A stretch of DNA of 63,946 bases, the filler included, from Reclinomonas americana ATCC 50394 (taxonomy: Eukaryota), in the NCBI GenBank assembly GCA_048213135.1. It is 5 parts of 3 records of this genome, joined end to end, with 100 filler letters (N's around TTAATTAATTAA, not from the genome) between each part and the next. Parts side by side here need not be neighbours in the genome. Positions count along the whole stretch, not along the records: positions 1 to 23,755 come from PS015037.1; 4 more parts are not named here. One strand, written 5' to 3'. This document shows positions 1-13,743 of this stretch, piece after piece (positions within the stretch are counted from its first letter, which is position 1; each line of letters opens with the position of its first letter). The position numbers were made by a program, and so were the translations under genes. Below the pieces are notes generated by a model. That model ran no database searches. It saw only the letters and a list, made by a program, of their open reading frames with translations, and was not told the DNA's origin.

Positions 1-45
1 CATGGTCTCTGTGTCTGTCACACGCGCACACACACGCGTTCTCAC

Positions 46-383
46 CTGTGCGCGGAGAGCCTTCTCCGCCGCGCTGCATCGTGCACGAGAAGCGCCCTTC
101 TCCTGAATAGCATCGCGCAGCTTATCGCCCGCCAGTCGCACACTGCGTGCATATCGCTTCGCTGTGCGACGTAGCTCTTGTGCTGTGGTCACCTTGTCGG
201 CCAGTCGCGGACCAGGCGCCGAAGCACCACGCAGAGCTGTGTCCGGATTAGTGAATGGGAGCAAGACAGCGAGGCAGCGATTCGCAATGAGAGAGAGACG
301 CAACATCGTGCGTGGACGGCGGCAACGGCGACGCATAACAGCAGTGTGACGACGAGTGCGGCAACGTAGAAGGGGCGAGTCAT
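46..383 (-). CDS. 5' part of a putative secreted protein (signal peptide); continues off the window
   Basis: ATG at 383 gives MTRPFYVAALVVTLLLCVAVAAVHAR (hydrophobic). A phase-1 intron (T|GTTGCG donor at 304 ... ACACAG) restores an open frame up to a G|GTGAG donor near 45. Confidence 0.55.
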
Positions 384-904
384 GGGATTGTGTGTTTTTC
401 GGTGGGCGTGTGTTCTCGGCTCACTCGAGCAACAAAATGGGTTTGTACTTTTTTTGTCTCACCTTGGTTGTTCCGGGGTGGCGGAGAATCCACCGCGCTG
501 TATCTCTCTGTCAGTGCGTGTGGTGGTCGATGGGCAGTCACTCGCTGCGTGCGATCATGATCGATATCGCGCACGTGCACGCGCGATCGTCGTCTCTTGC
601 GCCCAGTGATCGCCCCGTACGCAAGCGGCTGCGGAATAATACACGGGTATCTCGCACTGTATCGTGCTGGAATCCCGTGCGCAATGCCTCGCGATTATAA
701 CAACGCGCTGCGATCGATATCGTGACGTCGACGACGTTCACGATTATAACATCGCGACAATCGTCTTCTCATCGCCTCAGCGCATATGTACGCCTTGCAT
801 TCATACACACGCGCTCGTCTGTACACCAAAGCACCAGCACAGATCACTGGGACACAACACAATCAGCGCAGGACGACAATCATCATCCGCTCCTCCTCTC
901 CATC

Positions 905-3900
905 ATGGTGAAGGCGTACCTGCGCTACGTATCCACGGGCGCCCCGCTGGGCCTGGTCAGTGTGAGCCCGGCTGCGGCTGTCAGCACCAATGGCGGCTGT
1001 GCAGTTCTCACTCCGCCGTCGACAATCACTGCGGCCACCGCCACCCGGCCTCGCCAGTTGAACAATGCACTGGCGTCGGCAGCTGTCGTGTGCACTCCGG
1101 CACTGGAGAACGTGCAGCTGTGGCACCAGCGACAAGCGGCGTTGGTGTGTGGCTGTTTTTGCGCCATGTGCACATTCACATGCACACACGCGAGCGACCA
1201 CTCTCTCACTCTTTCTTCTTCTCTCTGTCTGTCTGTATGTGCAGTCGGCGCTGTTGGTGCAGAGCACCAGCGATCTGGCCGATGATTCACACCCACAAGT
1301 CACTTGTGTGCTGGCATCGTCGTGTGGCACAATGGTGATTGCCGGCTACGTCGACGGATCAATCCGTGTCTTCCGTGTGCCGCCGCAGGCGTTTCGTGTA
1401 CCAGCGGGAGACAGAGAGGTCTGTCTGCCCACTCTCTGCCTCTCTGCAAGCCACCTGCCCACTCACTCTTTCATTCGACACAGCCGCTGACTATCACTCC
1501 CGAGCTGGTATTGGAGGGTCACTCGGCCTCGGTGACGTGCCTGGTGCTGGATAACGGCGACTCGGGTCGTCCTGCCACCTTGCTCCTGTCGGGCTCCAAC
1601 GACACCAACGGTATTCTGTGGGATCTGGTGTCGGGTCAGGCCGTGTCGACGCTGCGCGGACATCGCGATCAGTTGTCGTGCGCGTCGTTTGTGATGCCGA
1701 GTGGAGCCACTGTGGGCGGAGGTGTTGGTCGCGTGCAGCGGGCGGTCACAGGGTCGCGTGACGGTCTTGTCAAGATCTGGGAGCTCGACACGGGAGCGTG
1801 TGTGGAGACCATTGTCGGCATCCGCTCGCCGATTCTGGCCGTGTGCGTGTGTCCACGTGCAGAGCGGCTGCTGGTGGGTGCGTCGGACTCGCATCTGCGC
1901 ATGTATGAATTGGAGACGATGCGGTACATGGGCGGCATGCCGCGTGCCGGCAATCGAGAACGTGTGGCGTTTGTGAGGTGGTTGACGGCCGCCAGTGGCC
2001 GTGAGTATGTGGTGCTGCATGGCGCCGACAAGGTGCTGGAGTTGTTGACGGTGCTGTCGGCGGAGCGCACCGAGAAGCGAGTTGCCAAGCGACGGAGGAA
2101 GGCCATGCAGAAGAGCAAGAAGCAGCGCAAGGATGCGGCGCAGGGCAAGGACGAGGAGGAGGAGGATGAAGATGGCGATGAGCCGATGGCGGAGGAGGCG
2201 GCTACTGAGGTGCGTCAACTATTCGCAGTGTGTAAGTAAGTGAGAGGAGAGGAGAGTGAACAGGATGCATGCAAGAAAGAGTCGAAGAAGAAGAGGAGAG
2301 GGCGGAGTGACAAAGAGGGAGTGTGTGTCCAGGCAGAGTGCCAACGCGCGCTGACATGCACAGGTCGGAATCGCGGATGTGCTGGAGGAGCCTCTGGTGC
2401 TGCTGCGGCCGGATGCCAAATTCACTGGCGTGTCTGTGTTGCCGATTGCGCGCAATGCGTCGCACCTGCCGGGTCAGGCGGTCAACGAAGACGTGTTTTC
2501 GGTGCGCTTCTCTTCCGCCCCCACTGAGGAATATTTTTTTGTGCATGCGCTGAGAATGGGGGCATGTGCAGGTGGTGACCACACTCGGCAGCAACACTCT
2601 GCAATCCTACGACGTTGTGGTTGCACAGGCGAGCTCCAAGGATCACGCCGCCGACGGTGGCCGGCGCAGTATTGATCCGTCAAAGACGGTGGCGCGTCCA
2701 GCCGGCCTCAATATTCCACACTGGGGTCACGGAAGCGATGTGCGTGCCGTAGTAATCTCTCACGACGACGCACTCGCGGCGTCGGTGTCGAGCGACAGTG
2801 TCAAGGTGTGGACACTGGCGCACCGGAGACTACTGCGCTCGCTGCCGTCGGGTTATGGCCTGTCGGTGGCGTTCTTGCCGGGCAATCGGCACCTGGTGGT
2901 GGGCACCAAGACTGGCCACCTCGAGTTGTTTGACTTGTCGGCCGCCTGCCTGTTGGAGAGAATACAGGCGCACGATGGTGAGTGCGTTGTTGCCGTCGGC
3001 GACGGAAAAAAGACGCGATCGTGTCTATCGGTGCTGACGTGTTTGTAGGTGCCGTGTGGAGTGTGATTGTGCATCCGGATGGGCGCGGTCTGGTGACGGG
3101 CAGTGCCGACAAGACGGTGAAGTTCTGGACGGTGGAGAGCATTACGGGCATGGTGGCTGCTCGACCGGTCGCCGATGCCGACGCCAGTGACGATGCTCCG
3201 GCGCAGGTGTGTGTGTTGGCAGGGCGATATTTTCCGTGTCCACTCTCTTGGCCTCTCACCATTTTCGTGTGCTGTTGGGTAGGTTTCTGGCCAGAGGCTC
3301 TCGTTGCGCGAAGTCCACGTGCTGAAAATGACCGACGACGTGCTGTGCGTGCGCATGTCGCACGACGGAACCACGCTTGCCGTGTCGCTTCTCGACTGCA
3401 ACATCAAGATCTTCTACGCCGACACACTCCGCTTCCGCCTGTCACTGTACGGCCATTCGGTGTGTGTGTGTGTGTTGCTGGCTCTTTTGCATCGCGCATG
3501 ACGCGTGTGGCTGATCTCTGTGCGTCCCATTCGCACAGCTGCCTGTGTTGTCAATGGATCTCAGCACGGATGGCACGCTGATCGTCACCGGTAGTGCCGA
3601 CAAAACTGTCCGCTTGTGGGGTCTCGACTTTGGCGACTGTCACCGCACGCTGTTGGCACATACGGACTCGGTAATGGCCGTGCAGTTTGTGCCAAACACG
3701 CATTACTTTTTCTCGGTTTGTGTCGTCGCACGGCGTGCGTGTGTGTGTGTGCCCATTCTCACACAACGAGCAGGCCGGCAAGGATGGCGACGTGTCGTAC
3801 TGGGATGCCGATGCGTACGAGCGCATCTCCACACTGCACGGTCACCACGGCGAGGCGTGGTCGATTGCGTTGTCGTCCTCCGGCGACACGGTGGTGACGG

Positions 3901-5145
3901 GAGGCGCCGATCGTTCAGTTCGCATCTACCGACGCACGCAGGAGCAGGTGTTCTTGGAGGAGGAGCGCGAGAAGGAGCGCGAGAAGCAGCGCGACAAGGA
4001 AGAGGTAATTTGCACAGATGCCGGTATTTGTTGGAAAAGGAAGAGTTATTAATTGGATGCAGGCGGCCTCGGTGGCCATGGCATCGACTCACGTGTCGAG
4101 CATCGTGGACACCACGGGTGAGGCACTCGCGCACTTGGCCAAGCGCGCGGCTGGCACCACGGCGGAGACGCTGAAGGCCGGTGAACGCCTGCTGGAGGCA
4201 CTGGAGGTGGCGGAGGACGAAGAGCAGAGATTGCGGGCGCATCGAGAGGAGTTCGAGAAGTCGCGTCTGGCGCAGGAGGCCTACAAGCAGCTGCTCTCCA
4301 GGGGCAAGCGCAGCAAGTCGAGTGGTGGCAGCAAGGCTCCACCACCACCTCCACCACCGGCGGCGCCCGAGCCTCCACCGCCGAATATGTATCTGATGGC
4401 AGCGGGAGTCAAAACCGTGGATCAGTACGTGCTCAAGTCGGTGCAGGGCGTTCGCTCCACTGAGTTGGAGCTGGCCCTGGCCACACTGCCGTTCCACCGG
4501 GCCACGCAGTGTGCCGTTCATCTCTACAACGCGGTGTTGGACGAAAAGGTTCTTTTAATCTCCCGATATGTTTCAATGCATCGGATTTCCGATGTATGAG
4601 ATGCTAACGCAGTCGGAATGTGCTCTCTCCGGATGCTCTTGCAGGTCGGTTGGGGCGGTCTCGATGTGGTGGAGCTGGTGTGCCGCGTGATCTTGACGAT
4701 CCTGCGGCAACACCACACGCAACTGGTGGCGAGCCGCGCACTGAGCGATCGGCTGAGCGAGATGGCGGAGCGCATGCGCGCGTTGTTGCGCCAGCAAAAG
4801 GATATAATTGGATTCAATGCGGCGGCGCTTGGCTACCTCCAGCGGGAGTTGGCGCTGCAACACGAGACCACTGACGAGTTTGCCGATGTGTCGAGCACGC
4901 GCGTCTCCGTGCGACTCCCGCGCGCGCCAGTGGCACGCAAGGCCGCCCGGCAGTCGGTGGCCTCGATGGAGAAGAAGAAGCGACTGGCATCGGTCGCCGG
5001 CCTCGCTCAAGTCAAGTCCGATCAGCCGCGCAAGAAGCGTGCCAAGTTCATCACGTCGCAATTGAGCGGAGATGACGGCACCGGTGATGGAGACGAGGGC
5101 GGTGCGCCAGCTTCCCTCTCCGAAAGCATGTTCCCTCGGCGGTGA
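905..5145 (+). CDS. WDR3: WD40-repeat U3 snoRNP/SSU processome protein WDR3/Utp12/Dip2, about 11 exons
   Basis: Starts MVKAYLRY. Contains WD repeats ([59 protein letters not shown]) and a C-terminal Utp12 region ([20 protein letters not shown]). Ten GT-AG introns keep the frame. Confidence 0.95.
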
Positions 5146-5845
5146 TATCATATCGAGGGAGGCCATTGAATATCTCTTTGCTTCGAATATGTGGGTCGTT
5201 GGCATTGTTTGTTTCCGCATGCAGGTTTCGTGGTGTTGTTAGAATAAAGTGAATTAGGTCTCACACGCTTTACTTCAAAAGAATCTCTGGCTTTTTTATA
5301 TTCTTTTTTCTTGTTGTTGAGATTGCTCGTGCTGCGTCGACCCTCCAGCCTTCGCGCGCGCACAGGTCGACTGGCACTCATGTACATTATGTGTCGCACG
5401 CATGCCGCGCGCCCAAACTGCGTTCAGATGCACGCGCCAACAACACTTCCAAATTTGTAACGGTAACGGTCAGTGCAACGGTCAACTTGTCTCCGCGGAA
5501 CAGGCACGTGCCGCCGCTGTCGGAGCCCACCGCCTGCGCCACCCACACACCGCCACACAGCGCACACACGCGCACACAACGCACACGCGCGCGCATACAG
5601 ATTCATTTCGAATCGTGCGCAAAGGCGAGGCGACTTTGCCTGCAATCCCAACAATGTGGCGCGCGAAATTTTTTTGAATATCAAACGTGAAATCGAACAC
5701 CTTTTTCTCGTCGCAACGCTCGCACGCAGAGGCAAACACCCTCTCCCAACACACACCCAACTCTCTTTCTCTTTGTTTGCGCTCGACAACGCCCTCTCTC
5801 TGGCTCTTGTTTCTCTCTCCTCAAACAACAACAACAACAACACTC

Positions 5846-8800
5846 ATGTCGGCCTCGTCTGCATCGTTTCTGTGGAGCGCCAAGTCGCACTGCCTGTCAA
5901 CAACAACAACCTCCTCCTCCTCAACAACAGCAGCACCATTGGTGCACACTGCGCCACCACCGCTGACAGCGTGGGCAAGAACAAAGCGGCCTCGCATGAT
6001 GCCTCCAACTGCTGCAGTGAGTCGATCGTGCGCGCGCGTGCTCTTTGCACAGGCCGACGATTACGATGAGGAGGATGATCGAGAGGTACGCACTTGTTAA
6101 GTGTGCCTGCTTGTATCGCTGCGTGATGCTCATTTTTCTGTGCGACAACAACAGGTGTGTTTGGCGTCCAGGTTGTCTGTGGCCCTCCCAATCCGGTGAA
6201 AGCCCCTCTCCCTTGCCACTCTCTCTCTCTCTTTCTGCTTGTGTCGGTGATGGTGGTGGTGGAAAGGATCGCTTCTTCTGTCTCGTGAGAGTGCGCTGCT
6301 GCGATCGACTGTGCGCGTCTGCATATTCTGCACTCGCCATTCGCGCGCGCGTACCTCGCGTGTGTGTGTGAGAAGGATCCTCCTCCCCCATTTTTGGTCA
6401 ATGTTCTCTGTGCTTTTGTTGTTGTTGCTATTGTCATGTTAGAATCGTGCGTGGTGGTGGTGTGAGAGTGCGTGGTGCTTAAGTTGCGCCACCTCTCCTC
6501 CTCCTCCTCTTTGTGTGTGGTGCGTGTCTGTCGCGCTCGTTTGAGAGCGTGGTTGTACGTTGACGCGCTGCGATTGGTGATCACCGTTGAGTTGTACTCT
6601 CCTGAGTGGCCCACGAGCAGTGGAGGCGCGCGTGGTTTGCGCTGCCTCGATTCGTCAGCTGTGTGTGTGTGTGTGTTGTTACCTTGTGTGTTGCGTTGTA
6701 CTTTTTTGTTTTCGATCAAGCACTGTGTTTCGCTGCGGGCGAGCTTACGAATGAGCTCGCCTCTGTGCTGCTGTGTGCTTGCTCACGTGCACGTGTGTAT
6801 ATGTGTGTGTGTGTGCGTGCCGACAACTGTGCTTGCCAAGTGGCGTGGAGCTCTTGTGCCAATGATTTGCCAGTTGTCGTGCCTCTTTTTTTTGTGTATG
6901 CCTCGTGCTCATGTCTTGTCTTGCCGTATCCCCCCCTTACTTGCTAGCATGTGATCGCGCCTAAATGAACCTCAATCGGTGGCTTGTGTTGCACTCGGCA
7001 CGTCCGCGTTCGGGTTAAACATGAACATGCGACACGGACACAATGCTGCACCAGCACCACCAGCACCACAATCTGCTGCACATGCACAGCAACACCTCCG
7101 CGCAGCGACGTAACATGACGACTGAAGCGAGCTCGCATTCGTCGGTCGCGACAGACAGACCGTCATTGATTTCGCCAATAGAGCACGTATATGCAGGCTC
7201 CATCGGCACTGTCGCGATCTGTGGCTGCACACGCGGCTGCCACAGCTGCGGCTGCTGCAGCTGCCAATGCGGACGCAGGAATGACACCGCTGTTGCTTGC
7301 ACACCCGTCGCCGTCCACACCAGAGAGCCCTGCTGCGGCCGCCTCTGCGTCGCCCTTGGTCACTGGAGGAGGTGTAGGTGGAGGAGGAGCACAGGGTGCT
7401 GCGCGAGGAGCGGCGGCCGCCAATATGAATGCACAGGTGTGGGAGTGGAGAACATCATCTCACTCGTGTGTGTGTGAGAAAGTTGACTTGCTGGGCAGAT
7501 GCACACGCGGTTGTATGCACGTGCGTCGGTGGTGACGACCACAGTGGCCAACGTGTGCTACGCGCCTCCGGAGGAGACGCTGTTTGATAACACGCGCAGT
7601 GTCGACATTCATGTGCCGACAGAGTTGGTGTTGCCGCCTGATGCACTCGGCGGTGCGTGTTGAGCAGGAGTGCTTCTGTCACTGTGCGTTCTCTGAAGTT
7701 GAGTGTGTGTGTTTGTGTAGGTGTGGCGGTGGCCAGAGCCATGGCATCGTACCAGGGCAGCAATGGAAGCCGAGCTGGACGACTTGGTCGTGAAACGGTA
7801 ATGCCGCTGAGCACTGCGCGACGACCCGTGCTGGTCATGGTCCCTGGAGGTGTGCCGCCTTGTGTGCATACATGCGTGTGTCTGTCTGTGCGTGTGGGCA
7901 TGCCCACNNNNNNNNNNNNNNNNNNNNGCTGGTCATTCGGTCAGTGGTTTCCTTACGTGTGCTCGACGCGGGACTCGTTGACTCACGCGTCGCTACGCAG
8001 GCTGGATCACATTTGATCTCGCTGCTGGCCGTGTCACCCAAGCTGCGCGAGTCGGCACAGCTCGGCGACTTTACCTACATCAAGGGCATTGTGTGCCTCA
8101 GTGGCATTTTTGATCTCACAGACACGTCGCTCAAATTTTGTTGGTGAGTGCCACCACCAGCAGCAGCAGCAGCAGCGTCAGCATTCTCCCTAACACATGT
8201 TGTTCCTGTTGCTTGTGTAGTTTCGGGCACTGCTTCCAGGTGGCACCGATTTTCGGCTGCAGCTGCCGCCGCAACGAGCAGTACTCTCCCGTGCACCTGT
8301 GCCGTCGTCTGGCCGACCAGTTCAAGCGCTTCCGCAGCCGCTCGCTGTACGGCAGCAACTCGGCGTCGACCAATGGAGGACCCACGGCTGGCCTGAAGGC
8401 TCTGGCGGGTGCATCGCCACAACTGCCGCCACCGCCACCACGTGGTCCTGTGGGGAAGAGTGCCCCCGATGTTCCACTGCTCTCGGCGGCGGCGCGATCG
8501 ACACGCTCGGCACAGACACCAGACTACGATGTGGGACTTACGGCGGGCGATGTCGACGATCTGCTTGATCGACNNNNNNNNNNNNNNNNNNNNNNNNNNN
8601 NNNNNNNNNNNNNNNNNNNNNNNNNNNNNNNNNNNNNNNNNNNNNNNNNNNNNNNNNNNNNNNNNNNNNNNNNNNNNNNNNNNNNNNNNNNNNNNNNNNN
8701 NNNNNNNNNNNNNNNNNNNNNNNNNNNNNNNNNNNNNNNNNNNNNNNNNNNNNNNNNNNNNNNNNNNNNNNNNNNNNNNNNNNNNNNNNNNNNNNNNNNN

Positions 8801-9230
8801 NNNNNNNNNNNNNNNNNNNNNNNNNNNNNNNNNNNNNNNNNNNNNNNNNNNNNNNNNNNNNNNNNNNNNNNNNNNNNNNNNNNNTGCGTGTGTGTGTGTC
8901 CACCCACTGTCTTTTCCTTGTGATCTCATGCGTCCTTTGTGATGCACAGACGGAGGCAATGCGCGATTCGCTGACCAAGTTGGGCGTGCCGAGTCACTTG
9001 GTGAGATTACGAGACAGATCGTGCAACGGACACGGCCTCATTATCAGTCTGGTGAGTGGTGGGATGTGGAAAGGATGATTGTAGGAGTGACAAAATGCTC
9101 ACCGATGTCTGTGTGTGCGTGCATGCAGGTGGGCTCTGCCACGGATCACACCAGTCCGGTGGTGTTTGACTTTACCGATGCACTCACTCGTGAATGGGAT
9201 CTGGAGACGGGTGCAACAGACACGGAATAA
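5846..9230 (+). CDS. Alpha/beta hydrolase (HSL-like / isoprenylcysteine methylesterase- or kynurenine formamidase-like) with low-complexity N-terminus; spans gaps
   Basis: Spliced motifs RPVLVMVPGG, AGHS|AGSHLISLLA (GxSxG elbow across an intron), IKGIVCLSGIFDL and C-terminal HGLIISL. The start exon at 5846 and the roughly 1.1-kb intron to about 7196 are inferred from matching phase. Confidence 0.7.
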
Positions 9231-9268
9231 AAGTGCACCAGGGCATCTGTATACTTGTTGGATCTGCC

Positions 9269-10736
9269 TCACAGTTTCGCCTGCAGCAGCGATGAAGGTA
9301 ACACTGGTGCTGGAGTTGTCCGTGTCGATCGTTCCGGTGCGCTAGCTTGCTGCTCCCCCAGCCACTTGGCAATGTCGGCCCACAGTGGTCTGCCGATCTG
9401 ATGTCAGTGCATCGTTGATAGAAGAAGTGGACGAGTGCACATAATATACGGAACTTGCTGGAGACGCGGAAGCAGTCAAAGTGACCTGCAAGTCAACGTC
9501 AGTGGAGACGCAACGGACGACGATGATGGTGACGGTGAGCAGACCAATGTGCTTGAGGTTGTATGACGACGGGTCAATGTGCCGACGATCAACGAAGGAT
9601 GAGTGGCGATACACCTCTGCCGCGAGCGGGTGAGCAAGCTGAGTGCTGGCAGCATATTTCACGAAATGCATACCGTACGCCAACGAGTCCGCGGCCTCCT
9701 TGGGGCAGTATGCCTGGTCGTCGGTGAAGGACAGTGACAGAATCGGGGCACGGATCTGCTGGTATGCACTCCACTGGCGCATGTGGTTCGGGCGGAACAT
9801 GTACCTGGTGAGCAAGCGATGCCTGAGTGAGTTGTCCACGACAAAGTACGGAGGCATCACGCACTGTGGATGGCGGCCCCAGTGCGTCCACTGTTGCATC
9901 ACGCCAGCTGGCAGCGACTGCATGCAAGATGAGAGACTTGCCTGCCTGACCTGCAGCGTGGCGATGGACAACTCACCTCGCCCATGCCGATGAGATGCGA
10001 CGGAAAGTACCCGTACACGCGCGTCAACAGCGGTCCCCAGATGTACCACAGTATGGAAAGCGATACCCGACTACGTGTCGAGTCAGCGCACGATCGCACG
10101 CAGCGTGCAGGCGATCGCGAAAACGCAACTGCAGACTCCACGGCCAGTTTCGCAGCGCGCCGACCTGCGCAGCCACGAGGACCACCGCTGCACGGATCGA
10201 GCTCAGTCGAGGCACGCATACAAGCAAGCACCAAACACACAGTCTCACCGTCCACGCGGCTCGCCAGCTCCGGTCGCAACATGCCAATGATCTGCCCGCC
10301 GAGCGAGTGACCGACCACATCGAACCGTCGCGCCTGCACGCTCTCCAAGCAGAAGTGGGCCATCGCCGACAGATCGATGTGTCCCCACGTACTCAGCGAC
10401 GCCGAAAAGCCGCGCAGGTTGACGGGCGATCCCTATTCACAGCTGGCGCGTGAGCAACAACAACAGCGCGGAGTTGGCATCGGGGTTGACGGGAAGACCT
10501 CCTTCTGTGGTCGCCTGCTCGGCGGCACACTCCCACCAATGCCACGGTAATCGAACAGCACCACCGTCGCTCCATGCTCACGACACAAGTACTCCGCAAA
10601 GGCCGCATAGAACCGCGTACCGCGGACTCCAATGGCGGGAACGCACAACACGCAGTGATCGCGCAGTGACAACCACCCATCGCCGCCACTGGTGTTCGTG
10701 TACTGCACACCCGTCAGCGTGAATCCATCGTCAGCG
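9269..10736 (-). CDS. Alpha/beta hydrolase of bacterial-like COG4757 type with C-terminal AKL (PTS1); start lies in the gap
   Basis: Motifs VPAIGVRGTRFYAAFAEYL, LFDYRGIGGS, VVGHSLGGQ, LSFTDD and spliced KHIG|HFDCFR. The last exon ends PSSLLQAKL-stop. Confidence 0.8.
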
Positions 10737-10823
10737 ANNNNNNNNNNNNNNNNNNNNATGCGCAGAACTTTTGTTGACTTGTTGTTTTCTTCGTTGGCTC
10801 AACATGTGGGCGCGTGATGGCAG

Positions 10824-12919
10824 GTGTTTGGCGACATTCACGGCCAGTTTCCTGATCTGCTCGAGTTCTTCACCACATACGGATCGCCCAATCACCGCAC
10901 TGGCGACATTCGCTTCGTCAACTATGTGTTTGTGGGAGACTTTGTGGATCGCGGTCGGTACTCGCTGGAGGTCATCGTGCTGCTGTTTGCGTTGAAGCTG
11001 CGGCATCCGGAGCGTGTGTGTTTGGTGCGCGGCAACCACGAGGACCGACTGATCAATGAGGTGGGTGCGAGAGTCTTGGATGGCCGATGCCACCATCGTC
11101 TGTGCAAGTATACTGAGCGCTTGCGGTGGTGTTGTTGTTGTTCGCAGGCGTACGGTTTCCTCGACGAATGCCGAGAGCGACTGGGCGAGCAGGTCGGTGA
11201 AGATGTGTGGAACATGTACAATGAGGCGTTTGACTGGCTGCCACTTGCGTGCACGTGCGTACCGCCTCACCACTCTGTTGTTGCTGCTGTTGCCAACTGA
11301 CGTGCAACACACAGAATCGAGCAAAAGATTTTGTGCATCCACGGCGGCATTGGTGGCTCGATTCATCATCTGGGCCAACTGCAAAACATCAAGAAACCAA
11401 TAGAGGTGCCAGAGGACATTGAGTGCGAACAAGATCGGATCATCATCGATGCGCTGTGGAGCGACCCGACGGAACACGATCGCGTGCATGGTGTACATCC
11501 GAACCTGCGTGGTGACAACATTGTGGCCTACGGCCCCGACCGCGTCAAGCAATTCTGTCGCGACAACGGGTTGGACCTCATCTTGCGTGCGCATGAATGT
11601 GTGGACGGCGGATACGAGTTCTTTGCCGATGGTCACTTGATCACCATTTTCTCGGCTACCAATTACTGCGGCAGGTGTGTGAGGCGTGCGGGTGGCAAGT
11701 CGGTGGCATGTTGCTCATCTAATGCCCTTTTTCGCAGATACGAAAACAACGGTGCGATTGCCGAGATCACACTGGAGGGACGTGGTCAGGCCATCAAGGT
11801 CCGACAGAAGGTAATCAGCGCCAAGTCCGCCGAGGAGGCGGCCAGAAGGTGGAATGCAACGCAGTTCAGGCCGCCAACGCCACCGCGTGGGCACGGCAAG
11901 AGGAGTCCTCGCGACGAGGTTGACGACGAGGTCTACGAGAAGAGGGTGTGTATAGTTTGTGTGTGTGATCGACTGTCGTTTCTGCTGTCAATGCTCACCG
12001 TGCATCTCGTGGTCAGTTACCCAAGGTGTCTGCATTGTCGCTGGACGAGTCACCACCGTCGCCACCAAAGCGACAGGGAAGCACCGCTCCGTTGCGGAAT
12101 CGCTTCTCCAATCAGGGTGGTGCGAATGGCGCCGGTGGCAGTGGAGCGCTCGTGGGCGGCAGTGGTGTGGCGCAGAGGTACGGCACTGTGCCCCCCCGCG
12201 CATGTTGTTGATTGTGTCGCCGTTGCTCATGTGACGCCCACCCCCACAGTTCACCCGGGATGATGCACCAGAGCGAGCGCATGACGACCATGCTGTCGCG
12301 TGGCGGAGGTGTTGGACCGTCGTCTCCTGCCCCTGTACCCAATGTCAAGTACGCCGGCGAGTATTTCCCGCCCGAGGTGGAGCAGTTCTTGCGAGTATCC
12401 GAGGTGTCGGCCGAGCGCATTGGCCATGTTGCGTGCATGGTAGACAGAGGGAGGGGGAGGAAGGGAGAGAGAGAAGAAGGGAGGAGGGAGGGAGGGAAAG
12501 GGAGAGAGAGATAAGAAAGAGATATGAGTATGTGTGTGTTAGACAGCGTGCGGGGGGCAGTGGGGTTTTGTGTCGGTGCCCCATCGCTCACGCATTCTCA
12601 ACAGGCGCGAGAGCTGTACGACGTCGCGCTGCGGGACGAGCCGGTTGCTGTGCGGGAACAGGGTCTCAATGAGGCACAGTTCACCAATCTGTTGGTGGAG
12701 TTGGGCGCCAATCGTCACTACTGCCGTCAGGTTTGTCGGATGGCATTGTTCGGAGGGGGAGATGTTTTGTCGCTCACATGAACTGTGTTGATGCTCCAGT
12801 ACTTCAAGGCGTTTGGTGGCATAACAACAGGTCGCGTCAATTTCGCGCAAATGGTGGCTGGCCTGGTGGTGCGTGCTGTGCATTCCTCTCTCAAGCCAGG
12901 CGTGGGGATAGTTCGTTCC
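10824..12919 (+). CDS. PPP-family Ser/Thr phosphatase (PP1/BSU1-PPKL-like catalytic domain) with C-terminal EF-hand-like region; both ends in gaps
   Basis: GDIHGQ, GDFVDRG, RGNHE, HGGIG, LWSDP, ILRAHECV and FSATNYCG are all recovered after splicing. Confidence 0.9.
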
Positions 12920-13743
12920 NNNNNNNNNNNNNNNNNNNNNNNNNNNNNNNNNNNNNNNNNNNNNNNNNNNNNNNNNNNNNNNNNNNNNNNNNNNNNNNNN
13001 NNNNNNNNNNNNNNNNNNNNNNNNNNNNNNNNNNNNNNNNNNNNNNNNNNNNNNNNNNNNNNNNNNNNNNNNNNNNNNNNNNNNNNNNNNNNNNNNNNNN
13101 NNNNNNNNNNNNNNNNNNNNNNNNNNNNNNNNNNNNNNNNNNNNNNNNNNNNNNNNNNNNNNNNNNNNNNNNNNNNNNNNNNNNNNNNNNNNNNNNNNNN
13201 NNNNNNNNNNNNNNNNNNNNNNNNNNNNNNNNNNNNNNNNNNNNNNNNNNNNNNNNNNNNNNNNNNNNNNNNNNNNNNNNNNNNNNNNNNNNNNNNNNNN
13301 NNNNNNNNNNNNNNNNNNNNNNNNNNNNNNNNNNNNNNNNNNNNNNNNNNNNNNNNNNNNNNNNNNNNNNNNNNNNNNNNNNNNNNNNNNNNNNNNNNNN
13401 NNNNNNNNNNNNNNNNNNNNNNNNNNNNNNNNNNNNNNNNNNNNNNNNNNNNNNNNNNNNNNNNNNNNNNNNNNNNNNNNNNNNNNNNNNNNNNNNNNNN
13501 NNNNNNNNNNNNNNNNNNNNNNNNNNNNNNNNNNNNNNNNNNNNNNNNNNNNNNNNNNNNNNNNNNNNNNNNNNNNNNNNNNNNNNNNNNNNNNNNNNNN
13601 NNNNNNNNNNNNNNNNNNNNNNNNNNNNNNNNNNNNNNNNNNNNNNNNNNNNNNNNNNNNNNNNNNNNNNNNNNNNGAAGAAGAAGAAGAAGAAGAAGAA
13701 GAAGGAGGAGGAGGAGGAGGAAGAGAGACAAGTGGCACTCACC

